The translations under genes were made by a program, and so were the position numbers. A stretch of DNA of 7,904 nucleotides from a virus (Duplodnaviria; Heunggongvirae; Uroviricota; Caudoviricetes). Below, piece by piece: positions 1 to 6,442 of the stretch (position 1 is its first letter; the number at the start of each line of letters is the position of its first letter). The notes under the pieces are model-generated. The model was not told the DNA's origin. It saw nothing but the letters and a program-made list of their open reading frames with translations, and made no database searches. The stretch lies in IMG/VR virus record IMGVR_UViG_2531839127_000025, one strand, 5' to 3'.

Positions 1-87
1 GTGCTGGATTACATTGACGCGGTGACGGCAATAGATACCAGCACCGCGCCTGATATTATTTGGCCTGTATTCCCTGAGACTGATTAA
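1..87 (+). CDS. Tail-fibre assembly protein (Tfa), C-terminal end only; 5' end lies outside the window
   Basis: Frame 1 from position 1 reads VLDYIDAVTAIDTSTAPDIIWPVFPETD with a TAA stop at 85-87. The DTSTAPDI-WP tail resembles the conserved C-terminus of lambda/e14-type Tfa proteins as I recall them. Position immediately before an invertase fits a tail-fibre/Tfa module. Confidence 0.65.
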   Translation: MLDYIDAVTAIDTSTAPDIIWPVFPETD

Positions 88-316
88 CCTCAATCAGTAT
101 TGGTTCGCCTTTCTCATTAATTGTTAGCTCCATGCCCTGAGGAATTTCTGTCATAGTAAAAAACCAGTTGTCCTCCGGTAATTCAATAGCCCCGGTCACG
201 TCATGAAGACCGGGGATTACTTCAGTCAAAGTAACTGGATTAAACAGGCGCACAATAAACCCTCCATGAAAAAGCATTTGATGATGGTCTGCCGTCGTAC
301 ATCTGGCAGCGGGCAT
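56..316 (-). CDS. Small 86-aa ORF in the silent cassette, downstream of the alternative fibre segment; possible non-canonical fibre chaperone, function unknown
   Basis: Minus-strand ORF with ATG at 316-314 and an in-frame TAA five codons upstream, so it cannot be longer. It converges on and overlaps the + strand Tfa end (56-87), as in convergent Sv-U / U'-S'v cassette layouts. No recognisable Tfa C-terminal motif and no strong Shine-Dalgarno. Confidence 0.35.
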   Translation of the reverse strand: MPAARCTTADHHQMLFHGGFIVRLFNPVTLTEVIPGLHDVTGAIELPEDNWFFTMTEIPQGMELTINEKGEPILIEVNQSQGIQAK

Positions 317-595
317 AAAAGCCGGTATTTGTTACCTGATCATCCACGATCATTGAAACGTGAACATTATTAGGTGTGCTCTCGTAATCCGTTCTTATTC
401 TTTCTGCGATACTGATAAAACGTGAAAGTTTAGGCAGTGCAATTGGGTAAACGACTTTAGCCAGTCCATTATCATTAGATCCACCGGTTCCAAATACTTC
501 TATTGCACCATCTGACCAGCGTACCCATGCACCATTGGCATTAGCTCCTCGCTGAATGACATATCTGGCTTCTCCCAAACCAACGTTTATGAAAA
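240..595 (-). CDS. Alternative (silent-orientation) tail-fibre C-terminal variable segment; start-less, would be fused to the constant fibre N-terminus after inversion
   Basis: Minus-strand frame is open from the crossover site down to a stop at 237-239 (ORF track 240..623; the ATGs at 623-618 lie outside the invertible segment and are probably not used). The frame runs straight through the 26-bp crossover site, encoding ...FINVGLGEA.... Gly/Asn/Ser/Trp-rich composition is typical of fibre tips. Assignment is by architecture, not by recognised homology. Confidence 0.45.
570..595. other. Serine-invertase crossover site (gix/cix/hix-like 26-bp imperfect palindrome)
   Basis: TTCTCCCAAACC-AA-CGTTTATGAAAA: two 12-bp half sites in inverted orientation around a central AA dinucleotide, following the TTnTCnnAAACC..GGTTTnnGAnAA pattern of hix/gix/cix sites. 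Lies 55 bp upstream of the invertase ATG and inside the fibre-segment reading frame. Confidence 0.7.
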
Positions 596-649
596 TGCAG
601 AAATAACGAGCAAATGGCATCATTCCTGCTTTTGTCAGAGGGATCCACT

Positions 650-1243
650 ATGCTTATTGGCTATGTACGCGTGTCAACAAATGACCAGAACACGGAATTG
701 CAGCGTAACGCGCTGGAGTGTGCAGGATGTGAGCTGATTTTTGAGGACAAAATCAGCGGCACGAAGTCCGACAGGCCGGGACTGAAAAAACTGCTCAGGA
801 CATTATCGGAGGGGGATACACTGGTAGTCTGGAAGCTGGACCGGCTGGGGCGTAGTATGCGGCATCTGGTCATTCTGGTTGAGGAGCTGCGCGAACGCGG
901 CATTAATTTTCGCAGCCTGACGGATGCCATTGATACCAGCACGCCGATGGGGCGTTTTTTCTTTCATGTGATGGGTGCCCTGGCTGAAATGGAGCGAGAA
1001 CTCATTGTCGAGCGGACACGCGCAGGACTGGAAGCGGCCAGAGCCAAAGGTCGTATTGGTGGCAGACGACAGAAACTCACCGCGAGTGAGTGGGAGCAGG
1101 CCGGGCGTTTGCTGGCTGCAGGGGAGCCACGTCAACGCGTGGCACTGATTTTTGATATTGGTCTGTCCACGCTCTATAAAAAATTTCCCGCCTCAGTGAC
1201 AAAAAATAAATTGTGTCATCCCTTAGCCAACCGGGACAAATAG
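650..1243 (+). CDS. Serine-recombinase DNA invertase (Pin/Gin/Cin/Hin family)
   Basis: Protein from ATG 650 begins MLIGYVRVSTNDQNTELQRNAL..., with the family's catalytic-serine N-terminus, the GDTLVVWKLDRLGRS and MGRFFFHVMGALAEMERELI(V)ERT blocks, and a C-terminal HTH region (RVALIFDIGLSTLYKK). AGAGGGA Shine-Dalgarno 9-15 nt upstream. The in-frame ATG at 614 has no SD and adds a non-conserved leader. Confidence 0.92.
   Translation: MLIGYVRVSTNDQNTELQRNALECAGCELIFEDKISGTKSDRPGLKKLLRTLSEGDTLVVWKLDRLGRSMRHLVILVEELRERGINFRSLTDAIDTSTPMGRFFFHVMGALAEMERELIVERTRAGLEAARAKGRIGGRRQKLTASEWEQAGRLLAAGEPRQRVALIFDIGLSTLYKKFPASVTKNKLCHPLANRDK
1212..1240 (+). promoter_or_regulatory. Candidate late-promoter activator box (imperfect dyad TTGTGTC ... 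GACAAA) upstream of FI
   Basis: Imperfect inverted repeat roughly 60-90 bp upstream of the FI start, overlapping the 3' end of the invertase ORF. P2 late promoters carry a TGT-N12-ACA dyad for Ogr; the spacing here does not match that consensus, so this is tentative. Confidence 0.2.
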
Positions 1244-1302
1244 CCTGACATCTCCGGCACAACTGAAAATACCACTCACCCATTAACCACGGAGTTAAAC
1301 GG

Positions 1303-2493
1303 ATGAGTGACTATCATCACGGCGTGCAGGTGCTGGAGATTAACGACGGCCCCCGCGTCATTTCCACCGTATCCACTGCCATTGTCGGCATGGTCTGCAC
1401 GGCCAGCGATGCGGATGCGGAAACCTTCCCCCTCAATAAACCTGTGCTGATTACCAATGTGCAGAGCGCAATTGCAAAGGCCGGTAAAAAAGGCACGCTG
1501 GCGGCATCGTTGCAGGCCATCGCTGACCAGTCAAAACCGGTCACCGTTGTCGTGCGCGTGGAAGACGGCACCGGCGACGACGAAGAAACGAAACTCGCGC
1601 AGACCGTTTCCAATATCATCGGCACCACCGACGAAAACGGTCAGTACACCGGGCTAAAAGCCCTGCTGGCGGCGGAGTCGGTAACCGGTGTTAAACCGCG
1701 TATTCTCGGTGTGCCGGGGCTGGATACCAAAGAGGTGGCTGTTGCACTGGCATCCGTCTGTCAGAAGCTGCGCGCTTTCGGGTATATCAGCGCATGGGGC
1801 TGTAAAACCATTTCCGAGGTGAAAGCCTACCGCCAGAATTTCAGCCAGCGTGAGCTGATGGTCATCTGGCCGGATTTCCTCGCATGGGATACGGTCACCA
1901 GTACCACCGCCACCGCGTATGCCACCGCCCGTGCGCTGGGTCTGCGTGCCAAAATCGACCAGGAGCAGGGCTGGCATAAAACGCTGTCCAACGTCGGGGT
2001 GAACGGTGTTACCGGCATCAGCGCCTCTGTATTCTGGGATTTGCAGGAGTCCGGCACCGATGCTGACCTGCTTAACGAGTCAGGCGTCACAACGCTGATT
2101 CGCCGTGACGGTTTCCGCTTCTGGGGTAACCGTACCTGCTCTGATGACCCGCTGTTCCTCTTTGAAAACTACCCCCGCACCGCGCAGGTGCTGGCCGACA
2201 CGATGGCTGAGGCGCATATGTGGGCGGTGGACAAGCCTGTCACCGCAACGCTGATTCGCGACATCGTTGACGGCATCAATGCCAAATTCCGTGAGCTGAA
2301 AACAAACGGCTATATCGTGGATGCGACCTGCTGGTTCAGCGAAGAATCCAACGATGCGGAAACCCTCAAGGCCGGAAAACTGTATATCGACTACGACTAT
2401 ACACCGGTACCTCCTCTTGAAAACCTGACCCTGCGCCAGCGTATTACCGATAAATACCTGGCAAATCTGGTCACCTCGGTTAACAGCAATTAA
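1303..2493 (+). CDS. FI: Contractile tail sheath protein (P2 gpFI-like)
   Basis: 396-aa ORF with GGAG Shine-Dalgarno 8 nt upstream. The MSDYHHGVQVLEINDG... N-terminus and overall sequence match my recollection of P2 FI. Followed immediately by the tube gene. Confidence 0.93.
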   Translation: MSDYHHGVQVLEINDGPRVISTVSTAIVGMVCTASDADAETFPLNKPVLITNVQSAIAKAGKKGTLAASLQAIADQSKPVTVVVRVEDGTGDDEETKLAQTVSNIIGTTDENGQYTGLKALLAAESVTGVKPRILGVPGLDTKEVAVALASVCQKLRAFGYISAWGCKTISEVKAYRQNFSQRELMVIWPDFLAWDTVTSTTATAYATARALGLRAKIDQEQGWHKTLSNVGVNGVTGISASVFWDLQESGTDADLLNESGVTTLIRRDGFRFWGNRTCSDDPLFLFENYPRTAQVLADTMAEAHMWAVDKPVTATLIRDIVDGINAKFRELKTNGYIVDATCWFSEESNDAETLKAGKLYIDYDYTPVPPLENLTLRQRITDKYLANLVTSVNSN

Positions 2494-2505
2494 GGAGCCT
2501 GACCG

Positions 2506-3024
2506 ATGGCAATGCCGCGCAAACTCAAGTTAATGAACGTCTTTCTGAACGGCTACAGCTATCAGGGCGTTGCAAAGTCCGTCACGCTGCCAAAACTGAC
2601 CCGTAAGCTCGAAAACTATCGCGGTGCGGGGATGAACGGCAGCGCACCGGTAGACCTCGGCCTTGATGACGATGCGCTGTCAATGGAGTGGTCGCTCGGT
2701 GGCTTCCCGGATTCGGTTATCTGGGAGCTTTACGCCGCAACCGGTGTGGATGCCGTGCCGATTCGTTTTGCAGGCTCTTACCAGCGCGACGATACCGGCG
2801 AAACGGTGGCCGTCGAAGTGGTCATGCGTGGACGTCAGAAAGAAATCGACACCGGCGAGGGTAAACAGGGAGAAGACACCGAGTCGAAAATCTCCGTGGT
2901 CTGCACCTATTTCCGGCTGACGATGGACGGCAAGGAGCTGGTCGAAATCGACACCATCAACATGATTGAGAAGGTGAACGGCGTCGACCGGCTGGAGCAA
3001 CACCGCCGAAATATCGGCCTGTGA
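2506..3024 (+). CDS. FII: Tail tube protein (P2 gpFII-like)
   Basis: 172-aa ORF with AAGGAG Shine-Dalgarno overlapping the FI stop. Size and position (sheath-tube pair) are typical of Myoviridae; sequence resembles P2 FII. Confidence 0.92.
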   Translation: MAMPRKLKLMNVFLNGYSYQGVAKSVTLPKLTRKLENYRGAGMNGSAPVDLGLDDDALSMEWSLGGFPDSVIWELYAATGVDAVPIRFAGSYQRDDTGETVAVEVVMRGRQKEIDTGEGKQGEDTESKISVVCTYFRLTMDGKELVEIDTINMIEKVNGVDRLEQHRRNIGL

Positions 3025-3030
3025 TTTTCA

Positions 3031-3051
3031 TCCGGTCAGCCTGGCTGACCG
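3031..3051 (+). other. Perfect 9-bp stem / 3-nt loop hairpin between FII and E
   Basis: CCGGTCAGC-CTG-GCTGACCGG lies between the FII stop (3022-3024) and the E Shine-Dalgarno. No U-tract follows, so it is not a classical intrinsic terminator. Confidence 0.5.
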
Positions 3052-3080
3052 GTTAACCCTGATTCAGAAGTGAGAAAACC

Positions 3081-3356
3081 ATGAACAAAGAAAATGTGAT
3101 TACCCTGGACAATCCGGTCAAGCGTGGTGAGCAGGTTATCGAACAGGTCACGCTGATGAAACCCAATGCCGGGACGCTGCGCGGTGTCAGTCTGGCTGCG
3201 GTCGCAAACTCCGAAGTCGATGCACTGATTAAGGTGCTGCCGCGCATGACGGCACCGATGCTGACCGAGCAGGAAGTCGCCGCGCTGGAACTGCCTGACC
3301 TTGTGGCGCTGGCCGGTAAGGTGGTCGGTTTTTTGTCGCCGAACTCGGTGCAGTAA
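3081..3356 (+). CDS. E: Tail assembly chaperone (P2 gpE-like), zero-frame product
   Basis: 91-aa ORF ending ...VVGFLSPNSVQ*. Sits directly upstream of the tape-measure gene, the conserved chaperone position. Contains the slippery heptamer near its 3' end. Confidence 0.9.
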   Translation: MNKENVITLDNPVKRGEQVIEQVTLMKPNAGTLRGVSLAAVANSEVDALIKVLPRMTAPMLTEQEVAALELPDLVALAGKVVGFLSPNSVQ

Positions 3357-3508
3357 CGTTCCCGAAAAATCTGTCGGTCGATGAGCTGATGGCGGATGTG
3401 GCAGTGATATTTCACTGGCCGCCATCAGAACTGTATCCCATGAGTCTGACCGAACTCATCACATGGCGCGAAAAGGCGCTCCGGCGAAGCGGAAACACGA
3501 ATGAGTAA
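3081..3508 (+). CDS. E': Tail assembly chaperone frameshift product (P2 gpE+E'-like), made by a programmed -1 shift at 3329-3335
   Basis: Slippery heptamer T TTT TTG at 3329-3335 in X XXY YYZ phasing relative to the E frame. The -1 frame is open from there to a TAA at 3506-3508, encoding ...VAELGAVTFPKNLSVDELMADVAVIFHWPPSELYPMSLTELITWREKALRRSGNTNE, and overlaps the T start codon at 3501. Confidence 0.8.
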
Positions 3509-5948
3509 CAATGTAAAATTACAGGTATTGCTCAGGGCTGTTGACCAGGCATCCCGCCCGTTTAAATCCATCCGCACAGCGAGCAAATCGCTGTCGGGGG
3601 ATATCCGGGAAACACAAAAATCACTGCGCGAGCTGAACGGTCACGCATCCCGTATTGAGGGATTTCGCAAGACCAGCGCACAGCTCGCCGGGACTGGTCA
3701 TGCACTTGAAAAGGCACGGCAGGAGGCCGAAGCCCTTGCCACACAGTTTAAAAACACTGAACGTCCGACCCGTGCTCAGGCGAAAGTGCTGGAATCCGCA
3801 AAGCGTGCGGCGGAGGACTTACAGGCGAAATATAACCGCCTGACGGATTCCGTTAAGCGCCAGCAGCGGGAACTGGCCGCTGTGGGAATTAATACCCGCA
3901 ATCTTGCACATGATGAGCAGGGACTGAAAAACCGTATCAGTGAAACCACCGCACAGCTTAACCGGCAGCGTGACGCGCTGGCGCGTGTCAGTGCGCAACA
4001 GGCAAAACTTAATGCAGTAAAACAGCGTTATCAGGCCGGAAAGGAACTGGCCGGAAATATGGCCTCGGTGGGCGCTGCCGGTGTGGGGATTGCGGCGGCG
4101 GGAACGATGGCCGGAGTTAAGTTGCTGATGCCCGGTTATGAGTTTGCGCAGAAAAACTCAGAATTGCAGGCCGTGCTCGGAGTGGCAAAAGACTCCGCCG
4201 AAATGACCGCACTACGCAAACAGGCGCGCCAGCTCGGCGACAATACCGCCGCCTCGGCGGATGATGCGGCCGGTGCACAGATAATCATCGCGAAAGCGGG
4301 TGGGGATGTTGATGCCATTCAGGCGGCAACGCCGGTCACGCTGAATATGGCGCTGGCGAACCGCCGCACGATGGAAGAAAACGCCGCCCTGCTGATGGGG
4401 ATGAAATCCGCCTTTCAGCTTTCAAACGATAAGGTCGCTCATATCGGGGATGTTCTCTCCATGACGATGAACAAAACCGCCGCCGATTTTGACGGCATGA
4501 GTGATGCGCTGACCTATGCCGCACCTGTGGCAAAAAATGCCGGTGTCAGCATTGAAGAAACCGCCGCAATGGTCGGGGCGCTGCATGATGCAAAAATCAC
4601 AGGCTCAATGGCGGGGACGGGAAGCCGTGCCGTGTTAAGCCGCCTGCAGGCACCGACGGGAAAAGCATGGGATGCACTCAAAGAGCTTGGAGTGAAAACC
4701 TCAGACAGCAAAGGAAACACCCGGCCAATATTTACCATTCTGAAAGAAATGCAGGCCAGTTTTGAGAAAAACCGGCTCGGTACTGCCCAGCAGGCTGAAT
4801 ACATGAAAACTATTTTCGGGGAGGAGGCCAGCTCAGCCGCCGCCGTGCTGATGACTGCCGCCTCAACCGGAAAGCTGGACAAACTGACCGCTGCGTTTAA
4901 AGCCTCAGACGGGAAGACCGCCGAGCTGGTAAATATCATGCAGGATAACCTCGGCGGTGACTTTAAGGAGTTTCAGTCCGCTTATGAGGCGGTGGGGACA
5001 GACCTGTTTGACCAGCAGGAAGGCGCACTGCGTAAGCTCACTCAGACGGCCACAAAGTATGTGTTAAAACTCGACGGCTGGATCCAGAAAAACAAATCAC
5101 TGGCGTCAACCATCGGCCTCATTGTCGGTGGCGCGCTGGCGCTTATTGGCATCATCGGTGCCATTGGTCTTGTAGCCTGGCCGGTTATCACCGGCATCAA
5201 TGCCATTATCGCGGCAGCAGGCGCAATGGGGGCAATCTTCATGACGGTTGGCAGTGCTGTTATGACGGCCATCGGGGCGATTAGCTGGCCGGTTGTGGCC
5301 GTGGTGGCCGCCATTGTCTCCGGGGCGTTGCTTATCCGTAAATACTGGGAGCCTGTCAGCGCATTCTTTGGCGGTGTGGTTGAAGGGCTGAAAACGGCAT
5401 TTGCGCCGGTGGGGGAACTTTTCACGCCACTTAAGCCGGTGTTTGACTGGCTGGGCGAAAAGTTACAGGCCGCGTGGCAGTGGTTTACAAACCTGATTGC
5501 CCCGGTTAAAGCCACACAGGACACCATGAACCGTTGCCGTGACACGGGCGTCATGTTCGGGCAGGCGCTGGCTGACGCGCTGATGCTGCCGCTTAATGCG
5601 TTCAACAAACTGCGCAGCGGTATTGACTGGGTACTGGAAAAACTCGGTGTTATCAACAAAGAGTCAGACACACTTGACCAGACCGCCGCAAGGACTCATG
5701 CCGCCACGTATGGCACCGGTGGTTACATTCCGGCGACCAGCTCTTATGCAGGCTATCAGGCTTATCAGCCGGTCACGGCACCGGCTGGCCGCTCTTATGT
5801 GGACCAGAGTAAAAACGAATATCACATCAGCCTGACGGGTGGTACTGCGCCGGGGACACAGCTTGACCGCCAGTTACAGGATGCGCTCGAAAAATACGAG
5901 CGGGATAAACGTGCGCGCGCCCGTGCCAGCATGATGCATGACGGTTAA
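3501..5948 (+). CDS. T: Tail tape measure protein (P2 gpT-like)
   Basis: 815-aa ORF directly after the E/E' chaperone pair. N-terminal region is rich in charged, coiled-coil-like residues; a long Gly/Ala/Ile hydrophobic segment is encoded around 5098-5340. Confidence 0.93.
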   Translation: MSNNVKLQVLLRAVDQASRPFKSIRTASKSLSGDIRETQKSLRELNGHASRIEGFRKTSAQLAGTGHALEKARQEAEALATQFKNTERPTRAQAKVLESAKRAAEDLQAKYNRLTDSVKRQQRELAAVGINTRNLAHDEQGLKNRISETTAQLNRQRDALARVSAQQAKLNAVKQRYQAGKELAGNMASVGAAGVGIAAAGTMAGVKLLMPGYEFAQKNSELQAVLGVAKDSAEMTALRKQARQLGDNTAASADDAAGAQIIIAKAGGDVDAIQAATPVTLNMALANRRTMEENAALLMGMKSAFQLSNDKVAHIGDVLSMTMNKTAADFDGMSDALTYAAPVAKNAGVSIEETAAMVGALHDAKITGSMAGTGSRAVLSRLQAPTGKAWDALKELGVKTSDSKGNTRPIFTILKEMQASFEKNRLGTAQQAEYMKTIFGEEASSAAAVLMTAASTGKLDKLTAAFKASDGKTAELVNIMQDNLGGDFKEFQSAYEAVGTDLFDQQEGALRKLTQTATKYVLKLDGWIQKNKSLASTIGLIVGGALALIGIIGAIGLVAWPVITGINAIIAAAGAMGAIFMTVGSAVMTAIGAISWPVVAVVAAIVSGALLIRKYWEPVSAFFGGVVEGLKTAFAPVGELFTPLKPVFDWLGEKLQAAWQWFTNLIAPVKATQDTMNRCRDTGVMFGQALADALMLPLNAFNKLRSGIDWVLEKLGVINKESDTLDQTAARTHAATYGTGGYIPATSSYAGYQAYQPVTAPAGRSYVDQSKNEYHISLTGGTAPGTQLDRQLQDALEKYERDKRARARASMMHDG

Positions 5949-5962
5949 GGAGGTGACGAAAA

Positions 5963-6442
5963 ATGATGCTCGCGTTAGGTATGTTTGTTTTTATGCGCCA
6001 GACGCTGCCACACCAGACCATGCAGCGTGAATCAGATTATCGCTGGCCGTCAAATTCCCGTATCGGCAAACGGGATGCCTTTCAGTTTCTCGGTGTGGGT
6101 GAGGAAAACATCACGCTTGCCGGTGTGCTTTATCCTGAACTGACCGGCGGAAAGCTGACGATGACCACGCTCAGACTGATGGCAGAGGAAGGCCGGGCGT
6201 GGCCGTTGCTGGATGGCACCGGCATGATTTACGGCATGTATGTCATCAGCAGGGTGAGTGAAACAGGGAGTATTTTCTTTGCAGACGGCACACCCCGGAA
6301 AATTGATTTTACGCTGTCGCTCACCCGCGTTGATGAATCACTGGCCGCGCTTTATGGCGATATCGGTAAACAGGCGGAATCGCTCATCGGTAAGGCTTGC
6401 AGTATGGCGACTAAATTCACGGGTATGACGGGGGCGGGATAA
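5963..6442 (+). CDS. U: Tail protein U (P2 gpU-like)
   Basis: 159-aa ORF with AAGGAGGTG Shine-Dalgarno upstream. Its stop overlaps the D start (TAATG). Conserved position after the tape measure. Confidence 0.88.
   Translation: MMLALGMFVFMRQTLPHQTMQRESDYRWPSNSRIGKRDAFQFLGVGEENITLAGVLYPELTGGKLTMTTLRLMAEEGRAWPLLDGTGMIYGMYVISRVSETGSIFFADGTPRKIDFTLSLTRVDESLAALYGDIGKQAESLIGKACSMATKFTGMTGAG

Noticed and set aside
253-283. Possible second crossover site (ACAATAAACCCTCCATGAAAAAGC) sharing the ATGAAAA end with the 570-595 site
   Set aside because: Lacks the inverted-repeat half site (no GGTTT-type right arm) and the spacing is wrong; likely chance similarity.
398-425. Possible hix-like site (TGATAAAACGTGAAAGTTTAGG)
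   Set aside because: The AAAAC/GTTT arms are separated by too long a spacer and the outer positions do not match the site pattern.
614-649. In-frame upstream ATG extending the invertase by 12 residues (MASFLLLSEGST)
   Set aside because: No Shine-Dalgarno, the extension is not part of the conserved serine-recombinase N-terminus, and the ATG at 650 has a good SD.
661-1283. Minus-strand ORFs (661..942, 803..1135, 1077..1283) overlapping the invertase gene
   Set aside because: Antisense to a confidently assigned conserved gene; Arg/Ser-rich low-complexity translations with no start context.
1317-2090. Minus- and plus-strand internal ORFs within FI (1317..1628, 1457..1657, 1654..1977, 1827..2090)
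   Set aside because: Lie entirely within the tail sheath gene; the compositions (Arg/Pro/Ser-rich) are typical of out-of-frame reading of GC-rich coding sequence.
2663-3003. Alternative-frame ORFs inside FII (2663..2920 +, 2680..3003 -)
   Set aside because: Nested within the tail tube gene with no independent translation signals.
3036-3425. Two long minus-strand ORFs (129 and 120 aa) covering the E/E' region
   Set aside because: The + strand encodes the E/E' chaperone pair with a canonical slippery site; the antisense ORFs are Arg/His-rich artefacts.
3562-5671. Multiple antisense and alternative-frame ORFs inside the tape measure gene, including 209-aa 5042..5671 (-) and 141-aa 4514..4939 (-)
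   Set aside because: Low-complexity Ala/Gly/Ser-rich mirror images of the repetitive tape-measure coding sequence; no start signals.
5596-6021. ORFs 5596..5835 (+) and 5827..6021 (-) spanning the T-U junction
   Set aside because: Overlap confidently assigned genes; no Shine-Dalgarno and Arg-rich composition.
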